The notes under the pieces were generated by a model that was not told the origin of the DNA, did not search any database, and was given only the letters and a program-made list of their open reading frames with translations. Below are positions 12,514 through 26,630 of a stretch of 64,000 bases of DNA, piece after piece. Location of the stretch: the NCBI GenBank assembly GCA_951406725.2, contig OX597819.1, positions 75,950,001 to 76,014,000 on the forward strand, given 5' to 3'. The position numbers and the translations under genes were made by a program. Each line of letters starts with the position of its first letter. The stretch's first letter is position 1. The DNA is from Octopus vulgaris (Eukaryota).

Positions 12514-13342
12514 CGGGTCTGTGGAAACTATCATTCATGACCATTTGGATATTCAAAAGGTGTCTGCAAGATGGATTCCCAGGTTGCTCACACCTTTCCA
12601 GAAGCAAGAACGCATCGAGTGCACAAGGATGAATTTGGAGACGTGCCAAGAAGATGAGTCAAAATTTTTCAAAAGACTGATAACACAGGATGAAACCTGG
12701 GTCCATCACTATGATCCAGAGACCAAAGCTCAGTCAATGCAGTGGAAGCACCGTGACTCACCTCCTCCAAAGAAGGCAAGGGTACAGCCCTCCGCTGGCA
12801 AGGTCATGCTCACAGTCTTCTGGGACCAGGACGGAGTAGTAATGACAGATTTCCTGGCAAAGGGTACCACAATTACAGGAGCCTATTATGCTTCACTTTT
12901 GAGGAAATTAAGAGAAGCTGTAAAAATCAAGAGGCGGGGCAAGATCAGCAAAGGCATCCTCCTCCTGCAGGACAACGCTCCGGTCCACAACTCGCTTGTC
13001 GCCAGATCAGAAGCACAGGCGTGCGGCTATGAACTCCACCCCATCCCTCCTACTCTCCTGACCTTGCACCCTCTGATTTTCACCTCTTCCCAGCCATGAA
13101 GTTGTTTTTGAAAGGAAAGCATTTTCCAGATGATGCAGCCTTGATTTCTGAAGTCACGTCGTGGTTGGAGGACCAAGCTGGGGTCTTCTACAAAAACGGT
13201 CTCCAGAGCTGCATCAAACGATGAGAGAAATGCGTACCTCTGGGTGTTTCCTATGTAGACAAAGACTAATAACTGTGCCAGGTTTCGTTGCTCTACTGCT
13301 ATAGGAAGTGGGTCAGGGGCATAACTTATTGAACGCCCCTCG
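12514..13342 (+). mobile_element. mariner (DD34D) transposase pseudogene, 3' part + TIR
   Basis: KVSARWIPRLL, ITQDETWVHHYDPE, VMLTVFWD, LLQDNAPVH, frameshifted YSPDLAPSDFHLF; TIR ...CTTATTGAACGCCCCTCG. Confidence 0.93.
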
Positions 13343-13373
13343 TGTATATATATATATATATATATATATATGA

Positions 13374-13411
<38 letters not shown>

Positions 13412-14207
13412 ATATGTATGTATATATAAATATATATATATATATATAAACCCACATATATACACCATACACGCGCAGATGTCAATATTTGTATTTTTGT
13501 CTTGAAGCAACTTCAGCGTTTCTGAATGAATAAATTTCACTATCTCTGTGATATCTTGTATTACAGTCATAGATTTTTAGATGTGTCTGTCATCTTGTGA
13601 AATGTCTTCGTGTATCATTCTAACGCTCTCTTTCTTATCTATAAATACCTATGTGCCTCTGGTAATCGGCAGTCGAAACACTAATTCTCTGTGGTTAGCA
13701 AAATCAAGATAGAATTCTAAATATTACATTTGTATAAATGACACTGTTGCTTGTTCGTCTTTTTGACTTTTAAACTGTTAATGATATTATATTTAAAGAA
13801 AGAAACATATGCAGTCATAAAAATATGGTATACGTCGTAATAGTCATAATTATGGAATTACTGCACAATGGTAAAATTTTGAACGAATTTTGAATTCTTT
13901 GAATGATAATGATTCATGTAAAAGAAGCTAGAGTTGGATTTTGAAATTAAAAGACGTAGCTAAAAATTAAATAAGTTTAAAATTTGGTTATTTTCTCTTT
14001 TTCAAATGAAAACATTAGTTGCACATTTTGCTCGAAGACATGTCTGCTGATATACATATATACATACATGCATACATACATACATACATACATACATACA
14101 TACATACATACATGCAAGGATGCATACATACATATATACACACGTATATACATACACATACACGCAATTACATACATACATATATCTATCTTTTATTATT
14201 TTATGCC

Positions 14208-14480
14208 TTTTACTTGTCTCAGTCATTTGACTGCGGCCATGTTGGAGCACCGACTTTTAGTCGAAGAAATCGACCTCATGACCTATTCTTTGTATGGTTA
14301 GCGGCCGCAAAGGACACCGATTGAATAAGTACCAAGCTTACAAAGAATAGGTCCTGAGGTCAATTTCTTCAAAGTGACAAGACAAGTAAAGATAGGTATA
14401 TGTTTGTATGGTTGACTCGAGTCAATAGTAGAAGGCACTTGCCCAAGGTGTCACGCAGCTGGACTGAACCCTGAACCATG
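14208..14480 (-). mobile_element. Rearranged SINE family A remnant
   Basis: Tail (TGACTGCGGCCATGTTGGAGCACCG) and head (CACTTGCCCAAGGTG...GGACTGAACCC) separated by an internally inverted piece. Confidence 0.65.
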
Positions 14481-14505
14481 ATAAATATGTAGGTATATAT
14501 ATATA

Positions 14506-15012
14506 TATAGAAAATAGTAAAAAGTGAAAAACTACAGAAGGCTTAAAGGTTAAAAAATATATATTTGCGTCAATATGTCTGAAGAATATTAAAAAATTTT
14601 TTTTTCTTACAATGACATAATTTAGAAGAAATTTCTTGCGACGTTATGTTTATCTTGAACAGAGTTATCTTTATGTTTATGTTTAAAAGAGTTCTAAATA
14701 AGGGAGGTAATGAGTGATTTCCTTACACCGGAAGAAATCACTCATTACCTCCCTTATTTAGAACTCTTTTAAACATAAACATAAAGATAACTCTGTTCAA
14801 GATAAACATAACGTCGCAAGAAATTTGAAAAGCTAAACGCGAAACCGGTCTTTCTTCTAAATTATGTCATTGTAAGAAAAATTATTTTAATATTCTTCAG
14901 ACATATTGACGCAAATATATATATTTTTTAACCTTTAAGCCTTCTATAGTTTTTTCACTTTTTACTATTTTCTATATATTCAACCACGTGCTTTCACAAA
15001 CCAACTTTCTTA

Positions 15013-15014
<2 letters not shown>
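14506..15014 (+). mobile_element. Penelope-like pLTR / retrozyme-type element: 5' inverted arm + direct copy, in (TA)n
   Basis: 14506-14721 is the reverse complement of 14734-14978 apart from small differences and a 27-nt deletion; TA tracts on both sides; HHR motif inside. Confidence 0.8.
14818..14856 (+). ncRNA. Minimal type I hammerhead ribozyme, U3-A8 core variant
   Basis: AAGAAA-T-TTGAAAA-GC TAAAC GC-GAA-ACCGGT-C-TTTCTT; stem I AAGAAA/TTTCTT; palindromic stem III; GUC site at 14850. Confidence 0.65.
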
Positions 15015-15071
<57 letters not shown>

Positions 15072-15077
15072 TTGTGC

Positions 15078-15111
<34 letters not shown>

Positions 15112-15166
15112 GCGTATATATATGTATATCTATATATATATATACATACATACACACACACACATT

Positions 15167-15224
<58 letters not shown>

Positions 15225-15225
<1 letters not shown>

Positions 15226-16437
15226 AGGGGTTGGACAAAATAATGGAAACACCTTAAAATTTCAAAAAAAATTACTTTAATATGGGGTAGGACTGCTTTT
15301 GGCAGTAATTACAGCTTGGATTCTACGGGGTATGGACTCGTTTGAATTGTTTGGATTGTTTCCAAAGGAATATTTGTCCGTTCTTCAGTCTCCAGTTCTT
15401 GTAGCGATGATGGTGGAGGATATCGACTCCTTACTTGTTTTTCTAAATTGCATCATAAATTTTCAATAATATTAAGATCAGGGGACTGTGGTGGCCAGAT
15501 AAGATATTCAACTTGACTAGAATTTCCTTGTGTCATTCAGTAAAAAGATTAGCCGTGTAAATTGGTGCACTAACATCCAGATAGATTGCGTCTCCCTCCG
15601 GAAATAGTTCCGCAAACATAGGATGAATTTCATCAGAAAAAATAGTCCTGACTATTGATTCTGCCATGAAGGGAAACTATTGGGCCAGCGGGTTTCCAAG
15701 ATATAAACCCCCAGATCATCACAGATCCTCCTCCATGTTTAACAGTTGGAAGAATGCAGGCTGGGTCAAACGCTTCGTTTGGCTGTCTCCAAACGTATAG
15801 TCAGCTGGTAGTCAGTAATAGGGCAAAGGATGACTCGTCCGAGAACAATTCTCTAGGGACCAATTCTGTAGTTCTTTTTTACTCAACTCAAAACGTTCTG
15901 CAAAGCTTGTTTTTGAAAATAGTGGTTTTCTGATTGCAGCCCTCACGTGAAATTCGGCTTTGTGCAGTTCCCGGCGAAATGTGCTTTGGAAACTGGGTTC
16001 TCGCGGTGGTCATTAAGCTCTGCAGTAATTTTGGGAGCTGTAATTTTGTGATCCTTTCGAACAATTCGCGAAAGAGTCCAATGTTTTGATTTCCTTCCGG
16101 AGTTTTGTTCTGACGAGGAGGTTTTTCCCTATTTCTTAAAGACTGTGATTATTTTCGAGACAGTACTTCTTGATACACCAAACATTTCAGCTGTTTTCGT
16201 TAGCGCCTGCCATACGGCCACCAACAATTTGACATCTTTGAAAGTACGATAGATCTGTCATCTTAATGAATTTTAATTATATTTTTGTGATGATATCTGA
16301 AAAGAAACATCAATTTTAGCAAAACATATTAAGCAACACTAACAATAAATAAAAAACAAAAGTAAACAAGCTTAATAGATATTTAAAAATTATGATGCTA
16401 TGATGCTAGGTGTTTCCATTATTTTGTCCAACCCCAG
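15225..16437 (-). mobile_element. Tc1-like DNA transposon, defective
   Basis: 30-bp TIRs CAGGGGTTGGACAAAATAATGGAAACACCT, TA flanks; minus strand TDLSYFQRCQIVG..EMFGVSRSTVSKI and WPPQSPDLNIIENL with stops and frameshifts. Confidence 0.93.
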
Positions 16438-16443
16438 TATATG

Positions 16444-16545
<102 letters not shown>

Positions 16546-17475
16546 AGTGGGAAGAGAAGTTTTGGCTTTGAAATTGTCTCTCCCCAACCGTCCCTATTTA
16601 CTTGTAAACTTAACCATTCCTACTATATCTTCCTACTATATCTTCATAAATATATTTTCTTCTGGAACTGTGCTTTCTTCGCATTTCGATCGAATTTTCT
16701 GTAAGTTAAAATCGATTTCCCAACGGCAAAGTAGACTTCATGTAATCAAGTTATCCTGAAGAGTAGCTTGCAATATAATCCTCGCTTGGGTAATTACTAC
16801 TACAAGGTCCCGCTTGCTATGAAGCATATGTAGCCAGGATTTTATTTGCTCCATCCCTTAATATGTGGTTATGATATGTGGTTTGTGCCAGATAATTCTC
16901 AACATATGAAACTACTAGTAGCAATTAAAGATATGTACTGCATCCTCAAAATAAATAATAGTTATCTGTCACCACATGGAATACTTTTTCTGTGAATACT
17001 CTATCACGGATTAGTATCTTAAATCTAGAATAGCGATATTTTCTAGACCTGGTCGTTAAATTTGAAGAGTCTTCAATCATAGATACAAACACACACACAC
17101 GCATACACACTCATGCAAATACACACAAATGCACACAAATGCAAACACAAATGCACACATACACTTAAATACACCGACAAATATATATAATGTCTGGATG
17201 TGCAAAGGTGAAATAGGATACTAAACTTTTACCGTTCTGCATTTTGCTGCGGTGAAAGGGTTGAGACGCGAAATTACTGTAAATAGCAACAAATTCTATT
17301 ACATATCTTGAGTAAATTTTTTCCGCCTTTCTTTGAAAATTGAAATGTATTTATGAGTACAAAAATATATATGTGACTTCTTTCATGGCCATTGATCTCC
17401 ATTGTCCGCAAATGAGCCTGTACCTAATTGCACAAACTCTTAGAAATGTGCACAGACACACATATATGTGTGTGC

Positions 17476-17510
<35 letters not shown>

Positions 17511-17513
<3 letters not shown>

Positions 17514-17703
17514 GGAGAATTCACAAATAAATAAACACAAAAGACGAAGACAGGTGGTGTAGACGACAAACAGATGTATTAGTATAACTCTCGGGAGGTG
17601 AAAAAGTCTTTAACGTTTCGAGCCTACGCTCTTTCACAGAAAGAAATACAGAAAGAAACAAGGAGAGAAAATAAAGAATGTGGAGTGGCTAGCGATCTAT
17701 CAT
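17511..17703 (-). mobile_element. HHR family C element between (TA)n tracts
   Basis: Reverse complement of 31931-32145; motif CTGTGAA-A-GAGC GTAG GCTC-GAA-ACGT-T-AAAGA at 17606-17644. Confidence 0.8.
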
Positions 17704-17711
17704 ATATATAT

Positions 17712-17823
<112 letters not shown>

Positions 17824-17847
17824 ATACATAAGTGTATTTACATATGA

Positions 17848-17895
<48 letters not shown>

Positions 17896-18283
17896 CGCGC
17901 TTTCTTCATTATAATCGTTAGAGAAATCTCTGAAGAAATATTTCCAAGTTTGATGCGTGTGGATAACATTTAGTGATTTGGATATGCGATAACTCATGCC
18001 TAATGATAAACGAGTTGTGCAATGCAGCAGATATCTATCGTGATATCAAGACATCTCAACATATCTTTAGGTGTAGATTAAGCATCATTGATATGTATAT
18101 GTGTATATGTGAATATATGACTGTACACACACACACAGACTCGCACGCACATACACACATTTAAATCATGTGTATATATACGTATATATATGTGTGTGGT
18201 GTATATATATATGCACAAATACATCTGTATATATACATATATATATATATACATACACATACATATATACATACATACATACT

Positions 18284-18333
<50 letters not shown>

Positions 18334-18787
18334 CATAAACATGCATAAATGCACATACATACGTTTACATACATACTTAGATACAAACATACCTTTCACC
18401 TTGTTCAAAACTAATTATCATGGTATGATTACTAAATCCCTGTTTAACCACATCAGTAAATACGTTTGTATAAAGTTTCTTTGAGTTAGTAAATGTGTTA
18501 GCAATTAAAGCTGCGACATCATGATTCTTTTTACATCTTAGAAATTGATGGATATGGCTGTAATTTTAATCATACACAAGCCTATTGCATGTAGCTTTTC
18601 ATATGGGGTACTGTTCGCAAAGTACCCTGGTATTTCGCAGTGCGACTGTTGATTCAAGAGGTAAAGACTACTGCATACTTATAAGAACCTGTAACGATAA
18701 AAGAGCATATATTACGAAATCAGTTAGAAATAGCACTCAAATTCCCATTAAATCATTACCTACCATCTTAATACATTAGTTAGACAA

Positions 18788-19008
18788 AGGTTGCGAGCTG
18801 GCAGAACTGTTAGCACACCAGGTTACATATTATGAATGTTTCGTCTGCCTTCACGTTCTGAGTTAAAATTCCTTGAGGTCGAGTTTGCCTTTCATACCTT
18901 CGGGCCGATAAAAAAAAATACCAGTTGAGTTGAGTACTGGGGTCGATGTAATCAATTTAGACCCTCTCCTTCGAAGTTGCTGGCCTTGTGCCAAAAATTG
19001 AAATCAAT
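18788..19008 (+). mobile_element. SINE family B (diverged)
   Basis: GCGAGCTGGCAGAA...TTCTGAGTTAAAATTCC...GGGGTCGATGTAATC. Confidence 0.8.
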
Positions 19009-20603
19009 ATATTATTAAACGAAGGCGGCAAACTGGCAGAATCGTTAGCAACCGATATATTAGACGATGCCGAAAGAATTCTGGTGATGGCCATGACTGG
19101 AACAGTTTTGAGTATTAATATGTTTAATTGGGACCAACTTGGCGCTTAAGAATAGCAACAACAAAATAACATTCTACTGGAATTGGTTAGGTATAAAGAG
19201 AAAGAAATTTCTTCACTCTGTTTGCTTGACATGGTTCAACACTTTTGGTATTAGGCCTGCTGAAATATCTGCAACCATGATTTGTTGCAAAACAGTAACA
19301 ATTTTCCTCGTATTGTATCCTTAAAAAGGGAAAGACATATAAGATAATGTAGACCCAGAAGCACTTTATTTGAAAAGACAAAAGCGCATCTATCTATTCT
19401 GCAAGAAACAGTGTAGCATGCCAATAGCATCATTAATTTGAAAGGGAACAAACTGTGTTCATCTATTTACATTGTATTGTATGGTAATATATGAAGCGGT
19501 GAAATTGAAAGTACGAATACGAGTGATTAATCGGAATAACACACGTGTATTGAGAACTTTGGCTGGAAGCCAGGCTTCTGGGCTAACTCTAGACAAAGAA
19601 AAATACTGCAACAACACCATTATACCATTTTCTGACTGGATGGTGTGCTGCCCGAAAGAAAACTTTCTTCCTTTGGAATCTGTGCCAATATTTACACTCT
19701 AAGAAGAAATTGCTTCCTTAATTCCGATATTTTCCTTATCGAAGCCATGTACAATAAAGCTTCCGTTTCTCAATCCTATACATTTTAAGCGATTGTTGTT
19801 TAATTAAAAGTAGCAACATTAAATACATCTACTTTGCATAGAAAGAAACCAGAAAGGTTATTAGGTGTTTATATGAAGATAAGATTGAACGTTTTAACCC
19901 ATTGCCTGCAATGAGCCCCATTTAAGGATCTGCTAAAGACAGCCTTACTGCCGGTTGTTCTTTGTATTGCTTTTGCAGAGGTGTGTTTACCAATATTTAG
20001 TATAAAGTTGGCATTATTAGCTCTGGCTAATTCTAGAGGACATTTTATGTCATAAATCGCAAGTTTTTAACTGCAAAGTATGGACTGTTTTGAAAACTTT
20101 TTATTATTATTTTTTTCTTTTGTATTTCCCATCTATATCATTCACATTATTTCATTCACATTCGCATTTGATACTATAGTTTTAAAAAAAACTAAATAAA
20201 TAAATAAAAACTAAAATTTTCATTATTGCAATTGAACAGAAAAGGATAAATATACATTTTTTCAGCGATCTCCATTTAGGACTTATCAAAAATTTATCAT
20301 AATTTCCAAAATAATTGACATATGTAGAAAATTTAAATACCATATATTATTTTAATTTCTAAAACCTGGCAAACCCCAAAAATATCTATAAAGAAATTTG
20401 GCAGTTAATGCGTTAATTAAATCTAACTTCATCATGTAATGCAGCTATGTATTTTATTATTAATTATGAAGGAGGAATATAAATTAATAGATCACGAACT
20501 TGACATAGCTTTATACGCATCCCCGTAAGGGAAAAGTTTAAAGCAGTGTAATTTTCTTCATCTATACCAAACCAGCAAATCTAATCTATATTACAGCCAC
20601 TTA

Positions 20604-20835
20604 TGGCGGCGAGCTGGCAGAACCGTTAGCACGCCGGGCGAAATGCGTAGCGGTATTTCGTCTGCCGCTAAGTTCTGAGTTCAAATTCCACCGAGGTCGA
20701 CTTGGCCTTTCATCCTTTCGGGGTCGATAAATTAAGTACCAGTTACGCACTGGGGTCGATATAATCGACTTAATCCCTTTGTCTGTCCTTGTTTGTCCCC
20801 TCTATGTTTAGCCCCTTGTGGGTAATAAAGAAACA
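20604..20835 (+). mobile_element. SINE family B, full length with 17-bp TSD
   Basis: TSD TATATTACAGCCACTTA at 20587-20603 and 20836-20852; A and B boxes. Confidence 0.93.
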
Positions 20836-22062
20836 TATATTACAGCCACTTACTCGTCTCCGTAGTCACTTGACTTGCTAGGCGTAGCAGATGTCGCCCT
20901 TCTGCAAACTGAATTTCAAAACTGCTAACCACAATCCAGAATGTCAAAGCTGCAAACCACAAAATATAAATCGTGCGTTGTTAATAAATACGATTGACTG
21001 CTTTCTTCGACTGTCAGTTTCAGGACCGTATTTCTGTTCAAGGAAAGCTGCCCGTAGCTATACAAGAACAATAACCCAAGTCAAATATAACAATGATATT
21101 TAAAGCTATTGATCTATAGGTATAATCAAATGCCTATAAATCAATAACGGAAATATCACTAGATGTAAAGCAGTATCATAGAATACTGCAAAGTGTCAAT
21201 GTAAATTTTCTAAAGCAAATGTAAACAATTTTATAATCTACCCGTTTAACAATACGTATGGCTTGGTCATCATAATATATGAACACTTTCAGAGATCGGG
21301 GTACTGTGATTTACCAGTGGCGGTGTATTTCTTCCATAACTAAAGCACTTAACGGTGGAAGGTCCTGTTCAACTAACAACGTGAATAACAAGATCAGAAG
21401 AAAATTTCTCCACTTCACAGCTAATTTATTTCATCTGCAAATTAGTACTTGATCAAGAGCATTCCAGCCATGACTATCACATCATATTTTCTGGCATCGT
21501 CTGACTGAAACTACAGTATATGATGTAAACTTAACTATCATCTTATTTAAGATGGCATGTTTTAATTTAAAGGAAACCTTGAAAATGAAATGGTGTGCAT
21601 TCTTCGTGACATTTCAATAATATTCACATTTTCAACAAAGTTAATATATTAATAAATTGAAGATTAATTTACAGGGCATCTATGACGTGTGTCTTGAACA
21701 GTTTATGTAAATTAAATCATTCTAAGTGACTGTCACGCATTTCTAATCAGAGAAATACTGGCATTGGCTATTTGCTTAAAACGACGAGTTTTCAAGGTGG
21801 TATAGTGATTTAAAACCTATGAAAGTTCATTTCTATTTTTGCAGTTAACTCAAACGTTTAAAGCAATGACAGTTGACCTTTATCATGATGTAATTGATAA
21901 ATATTTAAATTATATGCATCATTCAATACAGGGCAGTGTGGTAAGCTGAAAAAATTTGGAAGAAAATGTGTGCTTTTTTCGTTTCGATATAAATTTTTGA
22001 ACAAATCTTTTGAATGGACTTTGAGAAATCTGATAGATTAAAATTTACCCTATAACTATATT

Positions 22063-22242
22063 GAAGAAAGAGTGAGAGAAAGTTGTGGTGAAAGAGTACA
22101 GCAGGGTTCACCACTACCACCTGCAGGAGCCTCGTTGAGCTTTAGGTGTTTTCGCTCAATAAACACTCAAAATGCCCGGTCTGGGAATCGAAACCGCAAG
22201 CCTACGACCGCGAGTCCGCTGCGCTAACTAGTGGGCCATTGC

Positions 22243-22243
<1 letters not shown>
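22063..22243 (-). mobile_element. SINE family D (tRNA head), 5' part
   Basis: Minus-strand CGCAATGGCCCACTAGTTAGCGCAGCGGACTCGCGGTC...GGTTTCGATTCCC; matches 43797-44106 and 63559-63935. Confidence 0.85.
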
Positions 22244-22279
<36 letters not shown>

Positions 22280-22368
22280 TGTCTGTCTGTCTGTCTCTCT
22301 CTCTCTACTCACACATACATATATATATATATATTTACACGTGTGTGTCTGTGTATATATACGTTTGC

Positions 22369-22412
<44 letters not shown>

Positions 22413-23056
22413 GTTTGCATATATATATATATATATATATACATATAAATATATATGTACATATGTATCTATGTATCTTTAGTCTCACCTAACGCGAACG
22501 CGCGTGCACACACGTGCACACACACACACCCAGGCATATTTATAGATGACTTCCATAAAACAAATAAATATTAATATAGAAATCAAATAGAAAACAGGAA
22601 ATGAAATTAAAAACGCAATATACGATGCAGCAATCTTAATTAATAACTAGCTTTTGAGATGAAGCTTCGGTATCATGTTATCGACACTGCTAAATTTACT
22701 TTAATAGGTTCTAACAAGACAAACAACTACAAAAACACGATGGCGCACGAAATAAGACGAAAAATATCTACATATATAATTAAATATTAATAAGTAAAAA
22801 GAAAGCCCTACACATCTAAAGATGTATATAGCGTAACAGATTTTTATGTTTTACTTACGTACATTCTTTTGATTTACAATTAATTCTATTTGTTCTTAAA
22901 AAACATGAGAAATTTGATTTGTTCTTTGACAGATAAAAGCGAAATTTGATTTCTTGCTTAAACAGATAAAAAGAGGTATAAATGTGTTTTAAGTGTTTTC
23001 TAACACATGAAAAGCGGCTCCAAATGGAACGGCACTGAAAATTTGTTTAGTTATCC

Positions 23057-23090
23057 ATCATCATCATCATCATTATTATTGTTGTTGTTG

Positions 23091-23173
<83 letters not shown>
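23057..23173. repeat. (CAT)n/(TTG)n/(TTA)n trinucleotide microsatellite
   Basis: Seen directly. Confidence 0.95.
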
Positions 23174-23175
<2 letters not shown>

Positions 23176-23207
23176 CGTTGTGAGTTCGCAGAACAATTAT
23201 TACCACG

Positions 23208-23350
23208 CCGTTCAGAGTTCAAATTTCGACGAGATCAGCTTCGCTTTCCATCATTTCAGGTTTCATAAGAAAGTACCAGCTGATCACTGGGGTCGATTTA
23301 ATCGACTGAATCCCTGCCCCGATATTGCTGGTCAAGTGCCAAAATTCAAA
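23208..23350 (+). mobile_element. SINE family B fragment
   Basis: GTTCAGAGTTCAAATTTCG...GTACCAG...CACTGGGGTCGAT. Confidence 0.7.
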
Positions 23351-23545
23351 AGTATTTATTTATTTATTTATTATTAAAAAGGTATGTTCTTCTAAAAATC
23401 ACTTGAACTTTTTGTGTAACTATTTGATAAACTTTGAAAAAAACGGAAATTTCGGTCCTGAAGACAAAAAGAGAAAACAAGCTAATAACGCTGATTTCCT
23501 ACTCCACTGAGCCAGTGGGCAAGGGAACATTTTGGTTGAGAAGAT

Positions 23546-23869
23546 TATACACCATATCAACGATGGAACTGACTTGGGATTCATCGTTACCATAAAGTTT
23601 GAGGTCATCTTTGAAGAACAAGTGGTTGTCTTTTTGTTGGCGGCTTTTGAATACATACCTAGCCTTTAGTTTCCTGAGAATCAGTGTTAGTGGTATCATT
23701 CGCAGTCTAAAAGTCAGTGGTGGCAGACAGACAGTTCCCTTGTAAGATGCCTCCCCTGATTTCTATTGTCCCTAAACTTCTTCCATATGCTGTCAGTTCC
23801 GTCCTCCACCTCGGCATACCTTTTCCATGCAATCGCTCAACATTCGATGCAGTACCAAATAGGTTCATT
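23546..23869 (-). pseudogene. R4/Dong-clade non-LTR RT fragment
   Basis: WRTELTAYG..IEIRGGILQGNCLS..MIPLTLILRK..NHLFFKDDLKLYG resembles GIFQGDSLSP and HLLFMDDLKLY. Confidence 0.8.
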
Positions 23870-24077
23870 GATCATTGATCCGTTAGAGCAAGTCTGACCT
23901 GTGAACATCAACATATTCTTATTCAGTCATTTTGCCAATAATAACACCGGTTCTATTTCAGAATCAGTGAGGTGCTTTTATTGGCAAAATGACCATCTTT
24001 TGATATGCCATCTGTTTCAGCAAATCATTTCACATCAGAATTCTTGCAAAACAACTTTTAAACGAAATACAAACACA

Positions 24078-24123
<46 letters not shown>

Positions 24124-24165
24124 CACAGACACACATGTAATATATTGATACTTACATGTATATAC

Positions 24166-24208
<43 letters not shown>

Positions 24209-24264
24209 TACATACATGTATATGTATATACATACATACATATATATTATATCATATCATATTA

Positions 24265-24347
<83 letters not shown>

Positions 24348-25199
24348 GTGTAATATATATATATGTGAATATAAAGTCATAAAATTACCATAGGCATAGA
24401 TATAATAGTTACGTTTATGATATCTAGTTCAGCTGTTATATCAGACTGCATCAAAACACCATTGCCAGAACATCCAACAATATCACTGCGGGAACATCGC
24501 TAACACTGCCATACAAACTCAATACCTCACCACCATGAAACAATTAACACGAATCATATTCTACACCCTCAAGAGTAAGAAAAGAACTAATGTTGTCGAA
24601 GATGTTCTTTACCAAGAAATAAAGATGAGTTTGTCACGCTTAGAATTCTTTTGATTAGAAATCGTCTCGGTCAGTGTTGGCTTCGACTAAATAACAAAAA
24701 GAGTAACAGCAACAACAATTAACAATACTCATCATGATTCTGGTAGAACCCTATTGAAGAGGCGCCCGAAGATTCTACCTCGCAGGAACAATGATTGGCA
24801 AAAGGAATAATGATCAACGCAGGAATAATGCTCGGCGAAAACGGTTGGTTGGATATTCCTCACGATCACGATCAAAACCTGGACGAGCATCACCACACAC
24901 ACCATCAACTTAAACTTTAAAAACATTCAACTTTCTACAACCAGCACTATCAAACATCAGATATATCAATAAGGACTCTTCCACGTGGTTCCTTGACATA
25001 CTAGAAAAATAGCAGTTAAATTTTCTCAAATCAGATCTATAGTTTCCTTGGAATATCTTTGATCATAGGTTAGCTCAAATAGTGTGGAACTACGATTAAA
25101 TACAACAATAGCAGCAGCAGCATCCAATACATTCTTCGACTACAACAACCACCACTATCAAGACTACCATGTTAAAAACACAAACCTACTACAATTGAG

Positions 25200-25376
25200 G
25201 TAGCACGCCGGTTAAAATGCTTAGCGACATTTCGTTCGTTTTTATCTTCTGAGTTCAGATTTCGCCCAGATCGATTTTGCCTTTCATCCTTCGATGAAAT
25301 AAATAACAGTTGGTTGTAATCAATTTACCTGTTCCCCCGAAATTGCTGTCCTTGTGCCAAAATTTGAAACCAATAT
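25200..25376 (+). mobile_element. SINE family B (diverged)
   Basis: TAGCACGCCGG..AAATGCTTAGCG..TTTGCCTTTCATCCTT..CTTGTGCCAAAATTTGAAAC. Confidence 0.75.
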
Positions 25377-25683
25377 CACCTTTATCACTGTTGAATTTAA
25401 CAGTAACTCCACCATCATCAAACGTTTCACTTTTATTAACATTAACACTGTAGCACTAACACAACTGCTGCTCGCACCACCGCCGACGCCACTATCTGAA
25501 TCATCACTTTTACCGTCACGAGGGCGACGCAGACGACGAAAGCGACAAAGGGGACGAAAGTGACGATGGTCATGAAAGCGATGAAGATGGTGGCCACCAG
25601 GAACACCACAACTGCTTGTAACTTGTAACTAAAACTGTAGCTACTCTATAACCACTGCTGATAACCGAGTCAATATTAATATC

Positions 25684-25901
25684 TATTTCAAATTTTGGCA
25701 CAAGGCCAGCAATTTCGTGGAGGGGATAGGTCGATTATATTGATCTCAGTAATGAAATTGTACTTATTTTATTGACCCCGAAAAGTTGAGAGGTAAAGTC
25801 AACCTCGGCACAATTTGAACTCAGAACGTAAAGGCGGGACGGACGAAATGCTGCTAAGTATTTTGGCTGGCGTACTAACGATTCTGCCAGGTCTCCGCCT
25901 T
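25684..25901 (-). mobile_element. SINE family B
   Basis: Reverse complement of the family B sequence, from AAGGCGGAGACCTGGCAGAATCGTTAG to TGTGCCAAAATTTGAAA. Confidence 0.85.
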
Positions 25902-25919
25902 TAAGTACCCGTTAATATC

Positions 25920-26354
25920 ACAACCAGAAATACTTCTAACTCTACCATCACCTTTACTATGACTACCACCCACACTAATATCGACACCTAAACACCATCT
26001 GAAATACCCCCAAACGCACAACACAACCAAAACCACAGGAAAACAATCACCACTTTCATCACTGATAAACTACGATAACGATGACATTCTCAGTTCCACC
26101 ACTACTGTAACCTTCACCAGTAGCACCACAACTTCCACCTACACCACCACCACCACCACCAACACCACCAACATACCTGCAACTAAACACCATCATCACC
26201 ATTACCGTCGTAACATCATCACCATCATGACCACAGCGACTATTGACTTCACTATCACAATCACCACCATTAGCGCTATCACTATCTCCCACACAATTTA
26301 CCACGAAAAACCACTACCATCACCACAACCACTACAAGAGCCAATCACACTAAT

Positions 26355-26407
<53 letters not shown>

Positions 26408-26630
26408 TAACGGAATTACCATCACCACAGTCGCAGCTACAACTACAAACTTAGCCACCGTTGAAAACGTAACCCATCAATCAACCGACCTACCAACCAA
26501 CCAGCTTACCGACCAACTAACCAGCCAACCGACCGACCACCCAACCAACCATCCTCCTCAATCACGGCTATTAAATGCACAACCATCGTAAGCAAACCAC
26601 CTCGACCACAACCGACCACATCCAGTTACG
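25920..26630. repeat. Low-complexity CAC/ACT/CCAA repeat region
   Basis: (ACT)n at about 26356-26408, (CAC)n and (CCAA)n runs. Confidence 0.8.
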
